A stretch of 64,000 bases of DNA from Acidobacteriaceae bacterium. Lineage in GTDB: Bacteria; Acidobacteriota; Terriglobia; Terriglobales; Acidobacteriaceae. The DNA is taken from positions 24,426-88,425 of the forward strand of contig JBAPRH010000046.1 of the NCBI GenBank assembly GCA_049280995.1. The letters are read 5' to 3'. The notes beneath the pieces were generated by a model. It was given only the letters and a program-made list of their open reading frames with translations. It made no database searches and was not told the origin of the DNA. Shown one piece after another: positions 29,236 to 40,876 of the stretch (positions are counted from its first letter, which is position 1; every line of letters begins with the position of its first letter). Position numbers and translations under genes: made by a program.

Positions 29236-30777
29236 TCAATGCTGTAAAACGTAGGTTCCCTTAGGCGCCTTCGCCGAAACTTGTGCCGGCGCCGGTAGCT
29301 GCCCACGGTCCCATCCACCGCCCAATGCCTGAATCAGCTCGATCGAAGCAGTCATTTCCTGCATGTGCAGCGAGGCCAGCGTCTGCTGGGCCGAGAGAAG
29401 AGTCGTCTGCGCCACCATGACGTCGATATAAGGATCAATCCCTGTCTGATACCGCCCTGTTTCCAGTTTCAGATAGGTCGTTGCGGAGTCCACCGTCTCC
29501 TGCTGCTTCAAGACCTGCTGTGACAGAATCCGCGTCGCGGCCAGATAATCCTCCACCTGCTGGAAGGCCGTCAGCACCGTCTGCCGATAGGTCGCCACGT
29601 CGGCGTTGTACGTAGCCGTGTACTGCTGCAACTCAGCGCGATACAGCCCGCCATTAAAAATCGTCTGCGAAATCGACGGCCCGATGGACCAGAAGCGGCT
29701 CGGCCAGTCGAACCAGTGCGCGAAGCTTGACGCCTCAAAGCCCCCGGTTGCCGAAAGCGTTACCGAAGGGAAAAACGCACCGTAGCCGATTCCGATGGTC
29801 GCGTTGGCCTCGGCCAGCGTGCGCTCCGCCCCGGCAATATCCGGCCTGCGCTCCAGCAATTGCGATGGCACCCCCACTGGAATCGGCGGAGGAGTGGTCA
29901 ACTCCGGGCTCACCGGAAACGAGAAATCAGTAGCCGCTTTACCGATAAGCATGGCGATCGCGTGCTCATACACAGCGCGATTCACGCCCACGTTCAGCGC
30001 AGCGGATTCCGCGCTCTTCAGCGTAGTCTGCGCTTCGATCACCGAAATGTAGTTGTCCACGCCCGTTTTGTAGAGCGTTTCCGTCAAATCCAGCGATTTC
30101 CGGTCAGCCTCGACCGTGTCGTTCAAAATTTTCTGCAAAGCGTCCTGCCCGCGCAATTCAAAATAGAATTCCGCCAGGCTCGCCTGCTCCACCAGCCGCT
30201 CGCTTGCCAGGTCCGCCGCGCTCACCTGCGCTCCGTATTCAGCTGAGTGCACCTGACTGCGAATTCTGCCAAACAAATCCGGCGTCCAGGAAACATCAAA
30301 GGGGAAACTCCACGTCGTGCTCTGCGAGCCAGTATTGGCGGTTGCAGAATTTCGCAGGTTGCCCGAAGATCTGGACCGCGACCACGACGGACCCGTCGTC
30401 ACCTGGGGCCAATACTGCGCCTTCGCTTCACGAACCAGCGCGCGCGCCACCATATAGTTTTCGAACGCCACTTTGATGTTCTGATTGTTGATGTTCAACT
30501 GGGATTCGAGCGAGTCCAGTCCGGGCTCGTGAAATATCTCCCACCAATTGCCGCGCAGCGCCGCGGCCTGCGGAGACGCGACCTTCCATCCCGGAGCATT
30601 TTGAAAGTGCACCGTCGATTCCTTGTACGCGGGAGCCGTAGCCACCGGCGCGCTCGGCCTCTTGTACTTCGGCCCCGGCAGACACCCGGCCAGCCCCAAC
30701 AACAGTCCGGCGCAAATCGCCGCCGCAGCCCGCTTTCGATTCCCTACGCTCATAGCCAGCTTCCATTCAAAATTCAT
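29236..30777 (-). CDS. RND efflux outer-membrane lipoprotein (NodT/OprM family)
   Basis: LAGC lipobox, WWEIF, PSQLLERRPDI, LIQALGGGW. Confidence 0.93.
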   Translation of the reverse strand: MNFEWKLAMSVGNRKRAAAAICAGLLLGLAGCLPGPKYKRPSAPVATAPAYKESTVHFQNAPGWKVASPQAAALRGNWWEIFHEPGLDSLESQLNINNQNIKVAFENYMVARALVREAKAQYWPQVTTGPSWSRSRSSGNLRNSATANTGSQSTTWSFPFDVSWTPDLFGRIRSQVHSAEYGAQVSAADLASERLVEQASLAEFYFELRGQDALQKILNDTVEADRKSLDLTETLYKTGVDNYISVIEAQTTLKSAESAALNVGVNRAVYEHAIAMLIGKAATDFSFPVSPELTTPPPIPVGVPSQLLERRPDIAGAERTLAEANATIGIGYGAFFPSVTLSATGGFEASSFAHWFDWPSRFWSIGPSISQTIFNGGLYRAELQQYTATYNADVATYRQTVLTAFQQVEDYLAATRILSQQVLKQQETVDSATTYLKLETGRYQTGIDPYIDVMVAQTTLLSAQQTLASLHMQEMTASIELIQALGGGWDRGQLPAPAQVSAKAPKGTYVLQH

Positions 30778-33700
30778 ACCGGAGTCCCGTCCAGGTCGGG
30801 ATTAAACGTATCGTGGTGCTTTCCCATCACTCGCAGGCGCAACTTATCCAGATACAGATACACCACCGGCGTCGTATACAGCGTCAGCATCTGGCTCATG
30901 ATCAGCCCGCCCACAATCGCGATGCCCAGCGGGCGTCGCAGCTCCGACCCGATCCCGGTTCCGAACGCCAGCGGCACCGCACCGAAGATCGCCGCCATCG
31001 TCGTCATCAAAATTGGACGAAAGCGCAACATGCAGGCCTCGAAAATCGCCTCGTGCGTGCTCATGCCCTGCTCGCGCTCCGCCACCAGCGCAAAGTCGAT
31101 CATCATAATGGCATTCTTCTGCACGATGCCGATCAGCAGCACAATTCCAATAATGGAAATTACATTCAGGTCGGTCTTGAAGATTTCCAGAGCGATCATC
31201 GCGCCAATGCTGGCCGAGGGCAGCGTTGAGAGAATCGTGAGCGGGTGTACCAGGCTCTCATACAAAATCCCCAGCACGATATACACCGCCAGAATCGCCG
31301 TCAAAATCAGATATTTTTCCGAGGCCAGCGACTGCTGATACGCCTCCAGCGTACCTGAAAAACTCCCGTGGACCGTGGTGGGCGTACCCAGCCGGTCCTG
31401 CATCGCCTCAATTTCTTTCGTCGCCTGGCTCAGCGCCACATTCGGAGCCAGATTGAACGACACCGTGACCGAAGGGAACAGCCCCGTGTGATTGATCTGC
31501 AGCGGGGTCGTCGTGGCGCTGGCCGTCGCCACCGCTGCCAGCGGAATCGGCCCGTTGCCCGTATGCAGGTAGATATTGCTGAGCCCCTTCGGCGACTGCG
31601 AGTACTGAGGAGCAGCCTCCAGCACCACATAATATTGGTTGAGCTGGGTACGGATGACCGACACCTGCGATTGCCCAAATGCCGAATAGAGCGCCGAGTT
31701 CAAAGATTCCGGCGTTACTCCAAGCCGCGCCGCTCTCTCACGGTTGTAGGTGAGATATTCATTCAGCCCGCCGTTCTGCTGGTCCGAATTCACGTCCTGC
31801 AATCCCGGCAGCTTCTTCATGTTGGCCAGCAAAATCGGTCCCCAGTGGGAAAGATCGCCCACCGTGTCCGCCTCAATCGTGTACTGATAGAGCGCGTTGC
31901 TGGCCCTGCCGCCGATGCGCAGGTCCTGAGCCGCCTGCAGAAAGGCCGAAGCCACCGGCAGCCGATTCAATTTGGGCCGCAAACGGTTGATAACTCCCGC
32001 CGCGGAAATCTTTCGCACGTTCAGAGGCTTCAGTATCGCGAACATAAACCCGCCGTTACCCGAACCGACGAAGCCCACCACATTTTCCACCGCCGGGTCC
32101 GCCTTGACGACTCTCAGCAGTTGCCGAAGCGAGTTGTTCATTACGGCGAACGACGCATCCTGCGGCCCTTGAATCCCACCCCCGAGTCCGCCCGTATCCT
32201 GCTGCGGGAAAAAGCCTTTGGGAATTTTGACCATAATGACAACGTTCAGCGCAATGATCATAATCAGCGTGACCAGCGTGAGGCCGGGATTGTCCAGCAC
32301 CCACTTCAGGCTGTGCCGGTAGCCGCCCAGCACGCTGTTGAACGTGCCTTCGCTGATCCGATACAGCCGCCCGTGCTTCGCTGTTTTGTCCGGCGTCTTC
32401 AGCAGGTGAGCGCACATCATCGGGGTCGTGGTGATCGAGATCACCATCGAAACCAGGATCGCGGTGGAAAGCGTGATCGCAAACTCCCGGAACAGTCTCC
32501 CCACGATGCCGCCCATCAGCAGGATCGGGATAAACACCGCAACCAGCGACATGCTCATCGAGAAGACGGTAAAGCTGATCTCCTCGGCGCCCTTTAGCGC
32601 CGCTGCCATCGGCGTCATGCCCGCTTCCAGGTGGCGCGTGATGTTTTCCATCACCACAATCGCGTCATCCACCACGAACCCGGTGGCAACTGTCAGCGCC
32701 ATCAACGACAGGTTGTCGATGCTGAACCCCAGCAGGTACATCACCGCGAACGTACCGATCAGCGATACCGGAACAGCCACACTCGGGATCAGCGTCGATC
32801 GCGGGCTGCGCAGGAACAGGAACACTACAGCGATGACCAGCAAGATCGCGATAATCAGCGTTCGCTCCACGTTGTCTACCGAGGCCATGATCGTTATCGT
32901 TCGATCATGCACGACAGTCACGTCCATTCCTTTCGGAATCGTCGCCTCGATAGAAGGAAGCTCACGTCTGATATTGCGCACGGTCTGAATAATGTTGGCA
33001 CCCGGCTGCTGGGTGATAATCAAAATGATCGCCAGCTTGCCGTTCAGGTAGCCGGCATTGCGAACGTCCTCGGTTGAGTCGATGACCTGGGCCACGTCGC
33101 GCAACTGCACCGCCGCCCCATTGTGGTAGCCAATGATCAGCGGAGCATACTCGGCCGCGTGCGAGATCTGGCCGTTCACGACAATGTCTTCCGTCATGCT
33201 GCCGTTGGCCAGAAACCCCCGCGCCTGGTCCGAGTTCTGCGTGCTCAGCGCCGACTGGATATTCGGCAGCCCGAGCCCGTAGCTGTTCAGCTTGGCGGGA
33301 TCCACCTCCACCCGCACCGAGGGCAGCGCGCCCCCACCTACTCTCACTTGCCCCACACCCTCGATCTGCGACAGCTTCTGCACGATCACCGTCGAGGCCT
33401 CGTCATACATCTCGGCACGGCTGTAAACATCCGAAGTGAGCCCGAGAATCATGATCGGCGAGTCCGCCGGGTTTACCTTCCGATAGTTTGGGTTTCCCGG
33501 CAGGTTCGCCGGCAGAAAGGTGCGCGCCGCATTAATGGCGGCCTGCACGTCGCGTGCCGCGCCGTTGATATCCCGGCTCAGATCAAACTGCAGCGTGATC
33601 CCCGTGCTGCCCAGCGAACTGGTCGAGGTCATCTCCGTTACGCCGGCGACATGGCTTAGTTGCCGTTCCAACGGTGTCGCCACCGACGACGCCATGATCT

Positions 33701-33869
33701 GCGCACTCGCGCCAGGCAGGCCCGCCGAGACCTGGATCGTCGGAAAGTCCACCTGCGGCAGCGACGAAACAGGCAGCACCGTGAATCCGATGGCTCCGGC
33801 AATGGCCACCGCCGCCGTCAGCAGCGTGGTCGCCACCGGCCTCCGGATAAACGGCGCGGAGATATTCAC
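30774..33869 (-). CDS. mdtC: RND permease, MdtC-like
   Basis: [34 protein letters not shown]; second of a tandem permease pair. Confidence 0.9.
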   Translation of the reverse strand: MNISAPFIRRPVATTLLTAAVAIAGAIGFTVLPVSSLPQVDFPTIQVSAGLPGASAQIMASSVATPLERQLSHVAGVTEMTSTSSLGSTGITLQFDLSRDINGAARDVQAAINAARTFLPANLPGNPNYRKVNPADSPIMILGLTSDVYSRAEMYDEASTVIVQKLSQIEGVGQVRVGGGALPSVRVEVDPAKLNSYGLGLPNIQSALSTQNSDQARGFLANGSMTEDIVVNGQISHAAEYAPLIIGYHNGAAVQLRDVAQVIDSTEDVRNAGYLNGKLAIILIITQQPGANIIQTVRNIRRELPSIEATIPKGMDVTVVHDRTITIMASVDNVERTLIIAILLVIAVVFLFLRSPRSTLIPSVAVPVSLIGTFAVMYLLGFSIDNLSLMALTVATGFVVDDAIVVMENITRHLEAGMTPMAAALKGAEEISFTVFSMSMSLVAVFIPILLMGGIVGRLFREFAITLSTAILVSMVISITTTPMMCAHLLKTPDKTAKHGRLYRISEGTFNSVLGGYRHSLKWVLDNPGLTLVTLIMIIALNVVIMVKIPKGFFPQQDTGGLGGGIQGPQDASFAVMNNSLRQLLRVVKADPAVENVVGFVGSGNGGFMFAILKPLNVRKISAAGVINRLRPKLNRLPVASAFLQAAQDLRIGGRASNALYQYTIEADTVGDLSHWGPILLANMKKLPGLQDVNSDQQNGGLNEYLTYNRERAARLGVTPESLNSALYSAFGQSQVSVIRTQLNQYYVVLEAAPQYSQSPKGLSNIYLHTGNGPIPLAAVATASATTTPLQINHTGLFPSVTVSFNLAPNVALSQATKEIEAMQDRLGTPTTVHGSFSGTLEAYQQSLASEKYLILTAILAVYIVLGILYESLVHPLTILSTLPSASIGAMIALEIFKTDLNVISIIGIVLLIGIVQKNAIMMIDFALVAEREQGMSTHEAIFEACMLRFRPILMTTMAAIFGAVPLAFGTGIGSELRRPLGIAIVGGLIMSQMLTLYTTPVVYLYLDKLRLRVMGKHHDTFNPDLDGTPV

Positions 33870-36800
33870 CCTTGCTCCTCAGCCGGTTCGGGGTGCACGA
33901 CGGTGCTCTCGGCGCTCTTTCCCGAAGCCCGCCGTGCCAGCTTGTCAAAGAAGATGTAAATCACCGGCGTCGTGTACAGCGTGAGAACCTGGCTCAGCAG
34001 CAGGCCGCCCACCATTGCGATGCCCAGAGGACGCCGCAACTCCGAGCCCAGACCCGATCCCAGAGCCAGCGGAAGTCCCGCCAGCAATGCGGCCATCGTC
34101 GTCATCATGATCGGGCGGAAGCGCAGCAAGCTCGCTTCATAGATCGCGTCGGTCGAGTTCAGACCGCGTTCGCGCTCTCCTTCGAGAGCGAAGTCCACGA
34201 TCAGAATCCCGTTCTTATTCACGATGCCGATCAGCAGAATGATGCCAATAATCGCCACCGCGGTCAGCGCCTCGTGAAAGATCATCAGCGCGAGCAAAGC
34301 GCCCACGCCCGCCGAAGGCAGCGTGGAGAGAATGGTGATGGGGTGGATGAAGCTCTCATAGAGCACGCCCAGCACGATGTAGACCGCGACCAGCGCGGCC
34401 AGAATCAGCAGCGCCTCGCCGGAGAGCGATCTCTTGAACGCGGCCGCTGTCCCTTGAAAATTCGCCTGCAGACTGAGCGGGAAGTGCATCCCGCTGGCCG
34501 TCTTGTCGATCGCGTTGATGGCCTCGCCCAGCGCGGCTCCGGGCGCAAGGTTGAACGAGATCGTAACCGCCGGAAACTGCCCCTGGTGGCTGATCGAAAG
34601 TGCCTCGGTCGTGGTCTGGAAATTGCTGAACGCGCTCAGCGGAACAGCGCTCGCTGCCGCCGTAGTCGCCGCCGTCGTGGCCCCGCCCACCGCGGTCAGG
34701 GTGCGCGCCGGGGGTACAAGCGCGTTGGCTGACGGCGTATATTTCACGCCCGCGGTCGTCGCGTCTGACCCCGCTGACGAGGAGCCCGAGGCCGCAAAAG
34801 AAGTCGAAGCGCCCGGCCCGCTCGTTCCGTTCGACGCGCCCGATTGAATATAAAGCTTGCCCAACTGACTCGGGTTCTCCCGAAACTGCGGCATCACCTC
34901 CAGAATCACGTGGTATTGGTTGAGCTGTGTGTACAGCGTGCTGATCTGCCGCTGCCCGAACGCGTCATAAAGCGTGTTGTCCACGGTTGACGGTGCAATC
35001 CCCAGCCGCGAAGCCGTCACGCGGTCAATCATCAGCGACACCGCCCGCGCACCCGTCTGCTGATCGGTCGCCACATCGGCCAGCTCCGGCAGCTTCTTCA
35101 GCTTCGCCACGAACTTGTCCGTCCACTCGTTCAGTTCGTCCTGATTCGGGTCCTCGAGCGTGTATTGGTATTGCGTGCGGCTTACGCGGTCATCCACCGT
35201 AATGTTCTGGACCGGCTGCATGTAGAGCGTTATCCCGTCTACCTTCTCCAGGCTCTTCTGCAGTCGGCGAATCACGTCCGAAGCGCTGATCCGGCGCACA
35301 TTCAGCGGCTTCAGGTTAATCGCCATTCGCCCGCTGTTCAGCGTCACATTCGTGCCGTCCGCGCCGATGAATGAGGAGAGGCTTTCGACCGCCGGGTCCT
35401 GCAGGACCACCTTCGCCAGTTGCTCCTGCTTCTGCTCCATCGCGTCAAACGAGATCGACTGCGACGCCTGCGAAATGCCCTGAATCACCCCCGTGTCCTG
35501 CACCGGGAAAAATCCTTTAGGGATGATGATGTAGAGAAACACCGTCAGCGCCAGCGTCGCCAGCGCAACCAGCAGCGTAATCCCCTGATAGCGCAGCACC
35601 CATTTCAGCGTGCGCCCATAAAAGGCGATCATGCTCTCAAACGCGCGCTCCGACCATTGATAGATCCGTCCCTGCTGCGCCTCCGGGTTGTGGCGCAGGA
35701 TACGCGAGCACATCATCGGCGTCAGCGTCAGCGACACCACCGCCGAAATCACGATCGTCACGGCCAGCGTCACGGCGAATTCGCGGAACAGCCGGCCCAC
35801 CACGTCGCCCATGAACAGCAACGGAATCAGCACTGCGATGAGCGAAACCGTCAGCGACAGAATCGTAAACCCAATTTGTCCGGCGCCTCTCAGCGCCGCC
35901 CGCAGGGGAGTATCGCCGGCTTCAAGAAAGCGCGAGATGTTTTCGATCATGACGATCGCGTCATCGACCACGAACCCGGTCGAGATCGTCAACGCCATCA
36001 GCGAAAGGTTGTCCAGGCTGTAGCCCAGCAGGTACATCGCACCGAATGTGCCGATCAGCGACAGCGGCACCGCGACGCTCGGAATAATGGTCGCCGCAAG
36101 GCTCCTCAGGAAGAGAAAAATGACCATCACCACCAGCGCGACGGTCAGCATCAGCTCGAATTCAACGTCGTGGACCGAGGCCTGAATCGATGTGGTGAGG
36201 TCCGTCAGCATCGTGACCTTCATGCTGGCCGGAAGCGTCGTCTGGAGCTGCGGCATGAGCTTCTTGATGCTCTCCACCACGCTGATGGTATTCGCGCCGG
36301 GCTGCCGCTGAATGTTGACGATGACCGCCGGCGTCAGGTTCATCCACGCTGCCTGGGTGCTGTTTTCCACGCCGTTCACCACGTTCGCCACGTTCTTCAG
36401 AAACACCGGCGAGCCGTTGCGATAGGCAACCACCACGTTGTTGTACTCAGCGCTCGAGTTCAACTGATCATTCGCGTCGATCTGGTAACTCTGGTACTGC
36501 CCGTCAAAGGTGCCCTTGGCCGAGTTCACGCTGGTCTGCGTGAGCGCCGTGCGCACGTCTTCCAGGTTCAGCCCGTACGAGGCAAGTTTTGCCGGGTTGA
36601 CCTGAATGCGCACCGCCGGCTTTTGACCGCCGCTGATGCTCACCAGGCCCACTCCGCTCAACTGCGAAATCTTAGGAGCCAGCCGCGTGTCCACCAGGTC
36701 TTCCACCTGCGAAAGTGGCAGATCGTTCGATGTAATCGCCAGCGTCAGCACGGGGGCGTCCGCCGGATTTGTCTTGCTGTACACGGGAGGCGTAGGCAGG

Positions 36801-37165
36801 ACTGCGGGCAGGAGGCTCTGCGCCGCATTGATGGCTGACTGGACCTCCTGCTCGGCTACGTCCATACCCAGCGACAGGTCAAATTGCAGCACAATGACCG
36901 ACGTGCCACCCGAGCTCGTCGAGGTCATCTGGCTCAGGCCCTGCATCTCGCCAAACTGGCGCTCCAGCGGAGCCGTCACTGTCGTCGACGTCACCTCCGG
37001 GCTCGCTCCCGGATAAAACGTGAGCACCTGAATCGTCGGGAAATCGACCTCCGGCAGCGCCGAGACCGGCAGTTGCGTGAACGCAACTATGCCCACCAGC
37101 AGAATGGCGGCCATCAGCAGCGAAGTCGCAACCGGCCGCAGAATAAATGGGCGCGACGGGCTCAC
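33866..37165 (-). CDS. mdtB: RND permease, MdtB-like
   Basis: [41 protein letters not shown]. Confidence 0.92.
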   Translation of the reverse strand: MSPSRPFILRPVATSLLMAAILLVGIVAFTQLPVSALPEVDFPTIQVLTFYPGASPEVTSTTVTAPLERQFGEMQGLSQMTSTSSGGTSVIVLQFDLSLGMDVAEQEVQSAINAAQSLLPAVLPTPPVYSKTNPADAPVLTLAITSNDLPLSQVEDLVDTRLAPKISQLSGVGLVSISGGQKPAVRIQVNPAKLASYGLNLEDVRTALTQTSVNSAKGTFDGQYQSYQIDANDQLNSSAEYNNVVVAYRNGSPVFLKNVANVVNGVENSTQAAWMNLTPAVIVNIQRQPGANTISVVESIKKLMPQLQTTLPASMKVTMLTDLTTSIQASVHDVEFELMLTVALVVMVIFLFLRSLAATIIPSVAVPLSLIGTFGAMYLLGYSLDNLSLMALTISTGFVVDDAIVMIENISRFLEAGDTPLRAALRGAGQIGFTILSLTVSLIAVLIPLLFMGDVVGRLFREFAVTLAVTIVISAVVSLTLTPMMCSRILRHNPEAQQGRIYQWSERAFESMIAFYGRTLKWVLRYQGITLLVALATLALTVFLYIIIPKGFFPVQDTGVIQGISQASQSISFDAMEQKQEQLAKVVLQDPAVESLSSFIGADGTNVTLNSGRMAINLKPLNVRRISASDVIRRLQKSLEKVDGITLYMQPVQNITVDDRVSRTQYQYTLEDPNQDELNEWTDKFVAKLKKLPELADVATDQQTGARAVSLMIDRVTASRLGIAPSTVDNTLYDAFGQRQISTLYTQLNQYHVILEVMPQFRENPSQLGKLYIQSGASNGTSGPGASTSFAASGSSSAGSDATTAGVKYTPSANALVPPARTLTAVGGATTAATTAAASAVPLSAFSNFQTTTEALSISHQGQFPAVTISFNLAPGAALGEAINAIDKTASGMHFPLSLQANFQGTAAAFKRSLSGEALLILAALVAVYIVLGVLYESFIHPITILSTLPSAGVGALLALMIFHEALTAVAIIGIILLIGIVNKNGILIVDFALEGERERGLNSTDAIYEASLLRFRPIMMTTMAALLAGLPLALGSGLGSELRRPLGIAMVGGLLLSQVLTLYTTPVIYIFFDKLARRASGKSAESTVVHPEPAEEQG

Positions 37166-38415
37166 GGCGCGGTGCTCTCGTTTTCATTGGAGACAGGCGA
37201 CGCCACGGTGGTTATATTCACTTTCGAGCCGTTGATCAGCTTCTGGAAGCTGCTCGTCGCCACCACGTCGCCCGGCTTGATTCCCGTGACGGCGGTTATC
37301 CCTTCATTCGAGGTTCCGGTTTTCACGTCCTGCAGTTTCGCCGCTCCATTCGCAATCACATACACAAAGGCCTCCTGGCCGTTGTGCTGGATCGCTTGCG
37401 TCGGAATCAGCGTCTTGTTCTGCTCGGTTTCCACCAGCAGACGCGTATTCACAAACTGGTTCGGAAACAGCTCGTCTTGTCTGTTATTGAAGGTTGCGCG
37501 CAGCTTCAGCGTGCCCGTTGTCGTGTCGATCTGATTGTCTGTGGCCGTCAGCTTGCCGGTGTCCAGCTTGTTCTGCTCGCTGGAATCCCAGGCTTCAACA
37601 GTCAGCGTGTGTCCATGCCGGATCTGCGCCAGCACCTTCTCCAGGCTGCCCTCCGCCACGGTAAAGACCACGGTGATCGGCTCCATCTGCGTGACAACCG
37701 CCAGAGGAGTGCTGCCGTTCGCCTGCACCAGGTTCCCCGGATCAATCAGCCGCAGGCCGACCTTCCCGGTAAAAGGAGCCACAATATGGCAATACCCAAG
37801 CTGTACCTTGTCGAACTCCAGCGTGCCCTGGTCGGCCTTCACCAACCCTTCGTCCTGAAGAACCAGCTTCTCCTGGTCGTCCAGTTGTTGCCTGGCAATC
37901 GCATTCCGTGCCCACGCCGCCTGATAGCGCGCCAAGTCCATCTTGGCCTGCGCCAGCAGGTTCATGTCCCGCTCCAGGTTCCCCGTCGCCGTGTCCACGT
38001 TGGCCTGATACTGCCGCGGGTCAATATCCACCAGCGGCGCGCCTTTCCGCACCATCTGGCCTTCGCGATAATGGACCGACTCGATTACGCCCGAAACCTG
38101 GTTGTAAATGGTCGCCGTATAAACCGGCGTCACCGTGCCAATCGATGTGAGATAAACGCCGATGTTTCCCTCGGTCGCTTTGGCCACCGTGAGAGTCACT
38201 GGGCCGCCAAAGCTCCGGCTCGCCCCCGGCCCGTGCGCTGCCTGCGTGGGTCCGCTCTTGCGCAGCACAAAATAAAAAATCACCGCAAAAATCAGCAGCA
38301 GGATCACAATCCATAACCACTGGCGGCGCTTCTTCCTTTTCGGAGCTTCAGCCGAAACCCCGGTGGATGACTGACGTTCAGGAGGCGTGGGAGGTACAGG
38401 CGGCGTTTGTTCCAT
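37162..38415 (-). CDS. mdtA: RND periplasmic adaptor, MdtA-like
   Basis: N-terminal [42 protein letters not shown]. Confidence 0.9.
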   Translation of the reverse strand: MEQTPPVPPTPPERQSSTGVSAEAPKRKKRRQWLWIVILLLIFAVIFYFVLRKSGPTQAAHGPGASRSFGGPVTLTVAKATEGNIGVYLTSIGTVTPVYTATIYNQVSGVIESVHYREGQMVRKGAPLVDIDPRQYQANVDTATGNLERDMNLLAQAKMDLARYQAAWARNAIARQQLDDQEKLVLQDEGLVKADQGTLEFDKVQLGYCHIVAPFTGKVGLRLIDPGNLVQANGSTPLAVVTQMEPITVVFTVAEGSLEKVLAQIRHGHTLTVEAWDSSEQNKLDTGKLTATDNQIDTTTGTLKLRATFNNRQDELFPNQFVNTRLLVETEQNKTLIPTQAIQHNGQEAFVYVIANGAAKLQDVKTGTSNEGITAVTGIKPGDVVATSSFQKLINGSKVNITTVASPVSNENESTAP

Positions 38416-38780
38416 CGATCCTTCTTCTTGCACCGTTCCCCGTAAAGCCGCCATCGGCGGGATTCACGGACCCTTAGGATTTGTTGATCTGACGGGCGGC
38501 TCTCGTGGATCGACGGATGCCTTTATCCTCTAAAGAACCATCGAGCCGGCACAAGCGCCGCAAATTGGCTATGGGACTGCTATAGGACTTTCTCAGGGAC
38601 GACTCCTGAATACGATTCTATGGACGGTTTCGTAACGTGAATTGTTGCAGCTTCAGCCATGGCTATGAACAAACCAACCGGACAAACTTGGCATTCATGC
38701 GTTCCAGAGGCAAATCCAATTTTAATATGGAGAGCGACCGCGCGCCGCTCACGCCTCCGCCGGACAAGTGAACCCGGCGC

Positions 38781-39428
38781 TTATCCCAGCAGTTCCGCCA
38801 CCTCCACGTGCGCCCGCTCCCGCGCGTAGTCACCGGGCAGTTTCCCTTGGTCGCAGCGTACGTCGCGCCGCGCTCCGTTTTTGAGCAGCACGGCAATCAT
38901 TTCCAGCTTCCCCGCCGCGGCCGCCTGGTGCAGCGGAGTAAATCCACCCGCCTGCTTCGCATTCACGTCCGCGCCCGCCTCCAGCAGCAGCCGAATCGTT
39001 TCCACCGAATCGCCCAGCGTAATCGCCGCATGGAGCGGCTGGTTGCGCTGCGGATTGTGAGACACCTGGTGGGCATGTGCGCCGTGCTCCAGCAGCAGTT
39101 TCACCGTTTCCGGCCCGGCAAAGGCGCAAGCCAGATGCAGCGGAGCCCATCCATCTGCCGAAACCGCCCAAACCTGTGTCGCATCACCTGCCAGAATCGT
39201 CCGCAGCCGCGCGCAATCGCCCAGAGCTGCAGCTTCAAACACGTCCAGTTCCCCCGCTCGCGGACGCAGACAACTCGTAATCTCCGGTTGCCGCGTGTAA
39301 ATCGACCACATCAGCATGGAAACGCCCTGCGCGTCCCGCGCCTGCGCCTCTGCCGGAACCTCCGCCACCAGCGCGGCGATCTCCGCCTTCTGCCCCCGGC
39401 GAATCATATTCAGCAAAAGCTGGCTCAT
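38781..39428 (-). CDS. Ankyrin repeat protein
   Basis: GWAPLHLA, QPLHAA...LLEAGADVN, GFTPLHQAA. Confidence 0.92.
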   Translation of the reverse strand: MSQLLLNMIRRGQKAEIAALVAEVPAEAQARDAQGVSMLMWSIYTRQPEITSCLRPRAGELDVFEAAALGDCARLRTILAGDATQVWAVSADGWAPLHLACAFAGPETVKLLLEHGAHAHQVSHNPQRNQPLHAAITLGDSVETIRLLLEAGADVNAKQAGGFTPLHQAAAAGKLEMIAVLLKNGARRDVRCDQGKLPGDYARERAHVEVAELLG

Positions 39429-39456
39429 GGCTCCAGTATATTGCCCCGCTCAACCC

Positions 39457-39484
39457 AAAATGGCCGCCACAGATGCGGCAGCCA
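39457..39484 (-). terminator. Intrinsic terminator
   Basis: On minus, TGGCTGCCGC-ATCT-GTGGCGGCCA followed by TTTT, after the 39513 gene. Confidence 0.65.
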
Positions 39485-39512
39485 TCAACAAACGCAGAAG
39501 AAGAAAATAAGC

Positions 39513-39743
39513 CTAACTCGCAATCGCCAGCAGTAGATGGTCGATAGCGGGCGCAGCCTTTACTTCCGGCATCTTCACCTGAATGTAATTGCCGTTCGCG
39601 ACCTCGCTGAAGACCTGATTTGTCGTGTCTTCCACGCGGGTTGAGTTGATGTGCAGCTTGCGTACCGCGTTCATCGCCACCGTAGAAAGCAAAAAACGGT
39701 TGGAGATTTGAATCCCGGCCGAATAAACCAATTGTGAGCGCAT
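39513..39743 (-). CDS. Small protein resembling RNA polymerase omega subunit (76 aa)
   Basis: MRSQLVYSAGIQISNRFLLSTVAMNAVRKLH resembles the omega NR(F/Y).L...A...R.L helix; GAGG RBS; own terminator. Confidence 0.6.
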   Translation of the reverse strand: MRSQLVYSAGIQISNRFLLSTVAMNAVRKLHINSTRVEDTTNQVFSEVANGNYIQVKMPEVKAAPAIDHLLLAIAS

Positions 39744-39920
39744 TTTTCCTCGTTTCATATTCATTGCATTGAAAGGCCAGACTCAAGGAACGAGGAGGAC
39801 CAAAGGAGCCGAAGCCCGGCAGCGTTGGGAGAATTCACAAAAGCGCCGCTATTACCAGCATACGCGCAATACTGCGCCTTCACCGGGAACGCGCCCAAAC
39901 ACGCTTCGCGGCAAGCGCTG

Positions 39921-40298
39921 TCATGCGGCAGAATGCACCGCCCTGGCCCTCCGAAATGCCCAAAAACGCCAGAGGTAAATCCCCAGGTTCAACGCGCAGA
40001 TCGACGCCCCTACCGTAGCCACCAGCCACCACGGGAGATTGGGATAGATGATCTTGTCCAGGTAATGCATCAGGAAACTGCCGTGATAGGCCGCCATCCC
40101 GGCCCGCAATTCAAAATACTGCTCCGACAGCGTCAGCGGACACGGGATCGGAGCCACCTCGACGATAATCCCCCAGATCAGCGAAACAATATGCAGCCCG
40201 GTCCACACCGGACGTCCCCGCGTAAACGCCGCGCCAAAAATCACCGCCACAATCCAGAGCAGATGAATCGAAAGAATCGCTATCGCTAAAAATTTCAC
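39921..40298 (-). CDS. DUF2784-like membrane protein
   Basis: HLLW..., H...LIWG..VE....CPLT..E...R, Y.GSF..HY...IIYP. Confidence 0.8.
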   Translation of the reverse strand: MKFLAIAILSIHLLWIVAVIFGAAFTRGRPVWTGLHIVSLIWGIIVEVAPIPCPLTLSEQYFELRAGMAAYHGSFLMHYLDKIIYPNLPWWLVATVGASICALNLGIYLWRFWAFRRARAVHSAA

Positions 40299-40307
40299 CG
40301 GACTCCT

Positions 40308-40342
40308 TGGCTATTGGCCGTTGGCTAGTGGCTATTGGCCCT
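40308..40342. repeat. Heptamer tandem repeat (TGGCYNN x5)
   Basis: TGGCTAT TGGCCGT TGGCTAG TGGCTAT TGGCCCT. Confidence 0.7.
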
Positions 40343-40514
40343 CACCCTTCAGCAACTCGCCCAAAGTGGGCCTGTGCTTCGCATCCCGTCCACGCAAGCG
40401 CGGCTTTTCCTCAATCACCCGTTCCGGCTTCGGCTGGCCCACCCGCTCCCGGGCGTTCGCCTTGACCGCTTTCACCGCCGAAAATATCTTCTTCTTCGCC
40501 CGCTTTTTCGCCAT
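40332..40514 (-). CDS. Small basic hypothetical protein (60 aa)
   Basis: MAKKRAKKKIFSAVKAVKANARERVGQPKP...KHRPTLGELL; fills the gap co-directionally with the DUF2784 gene. Confidence 0.6.
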   Translation of the reverse strand: MAKKRAKKKIFSAVKAVKANARERVGQPKPERVIEEKPRLRGRDAKHRPTLGELLKGEGQ

Positions 40515-40590
40515 CGCTTGCACCCGTCGCGGCACTTCCCGTCCGCCCCCGCTATCCATACAATAGGAGAGAACTCAGGGGGAAAACCAG

Positions 40591-40872
40591 ATGGAAGAAC
40601 GCGATTTTTTTGACGAGCGAGCCGAGCAGCGCAACCACACGCTCACCTGCCCCTACTGCGGTCAGGCTGGCGAATACCAGTTAGGCTGGCTCGTCCGGCG
40701 CAAGAAAAGCGGCCTGCCCCGCCAGGCCGACGAGCGCGACCGCGCCCGCTTCGCCAAAGCACAATCCTATATGGTTCGACGCGACGACATGGTCGCCTGT
40801 AAAAACATCCGCTGCCGCAAGCGCTTCGAAGTGGCCGGAATCCAGTCCGTGTCCTTCCTCCAGTCCGCCTGA
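40591..40872 (+). CDS. Small zinc-ribbon hypothetical protein
   Basis: CPYC ... CKNIRC; purine-rich RBS; host-like codon usage. Confidence 0.75.
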   Translation: MEERDFFDERAEQRNHTLTCPYCGQAGEYQLGWLVRRKKSGLPRQADERDRARFAKAQSYMVRRDDMVACKNIRCRKRFEVAGIQSVSFLQSA

Positions 40873-40876
40873 AGCA

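Noticed and set aside
30774..37165. DNA similarity between the two RND genes
   Set aside because: Expected mdtB/mdtC paralogy
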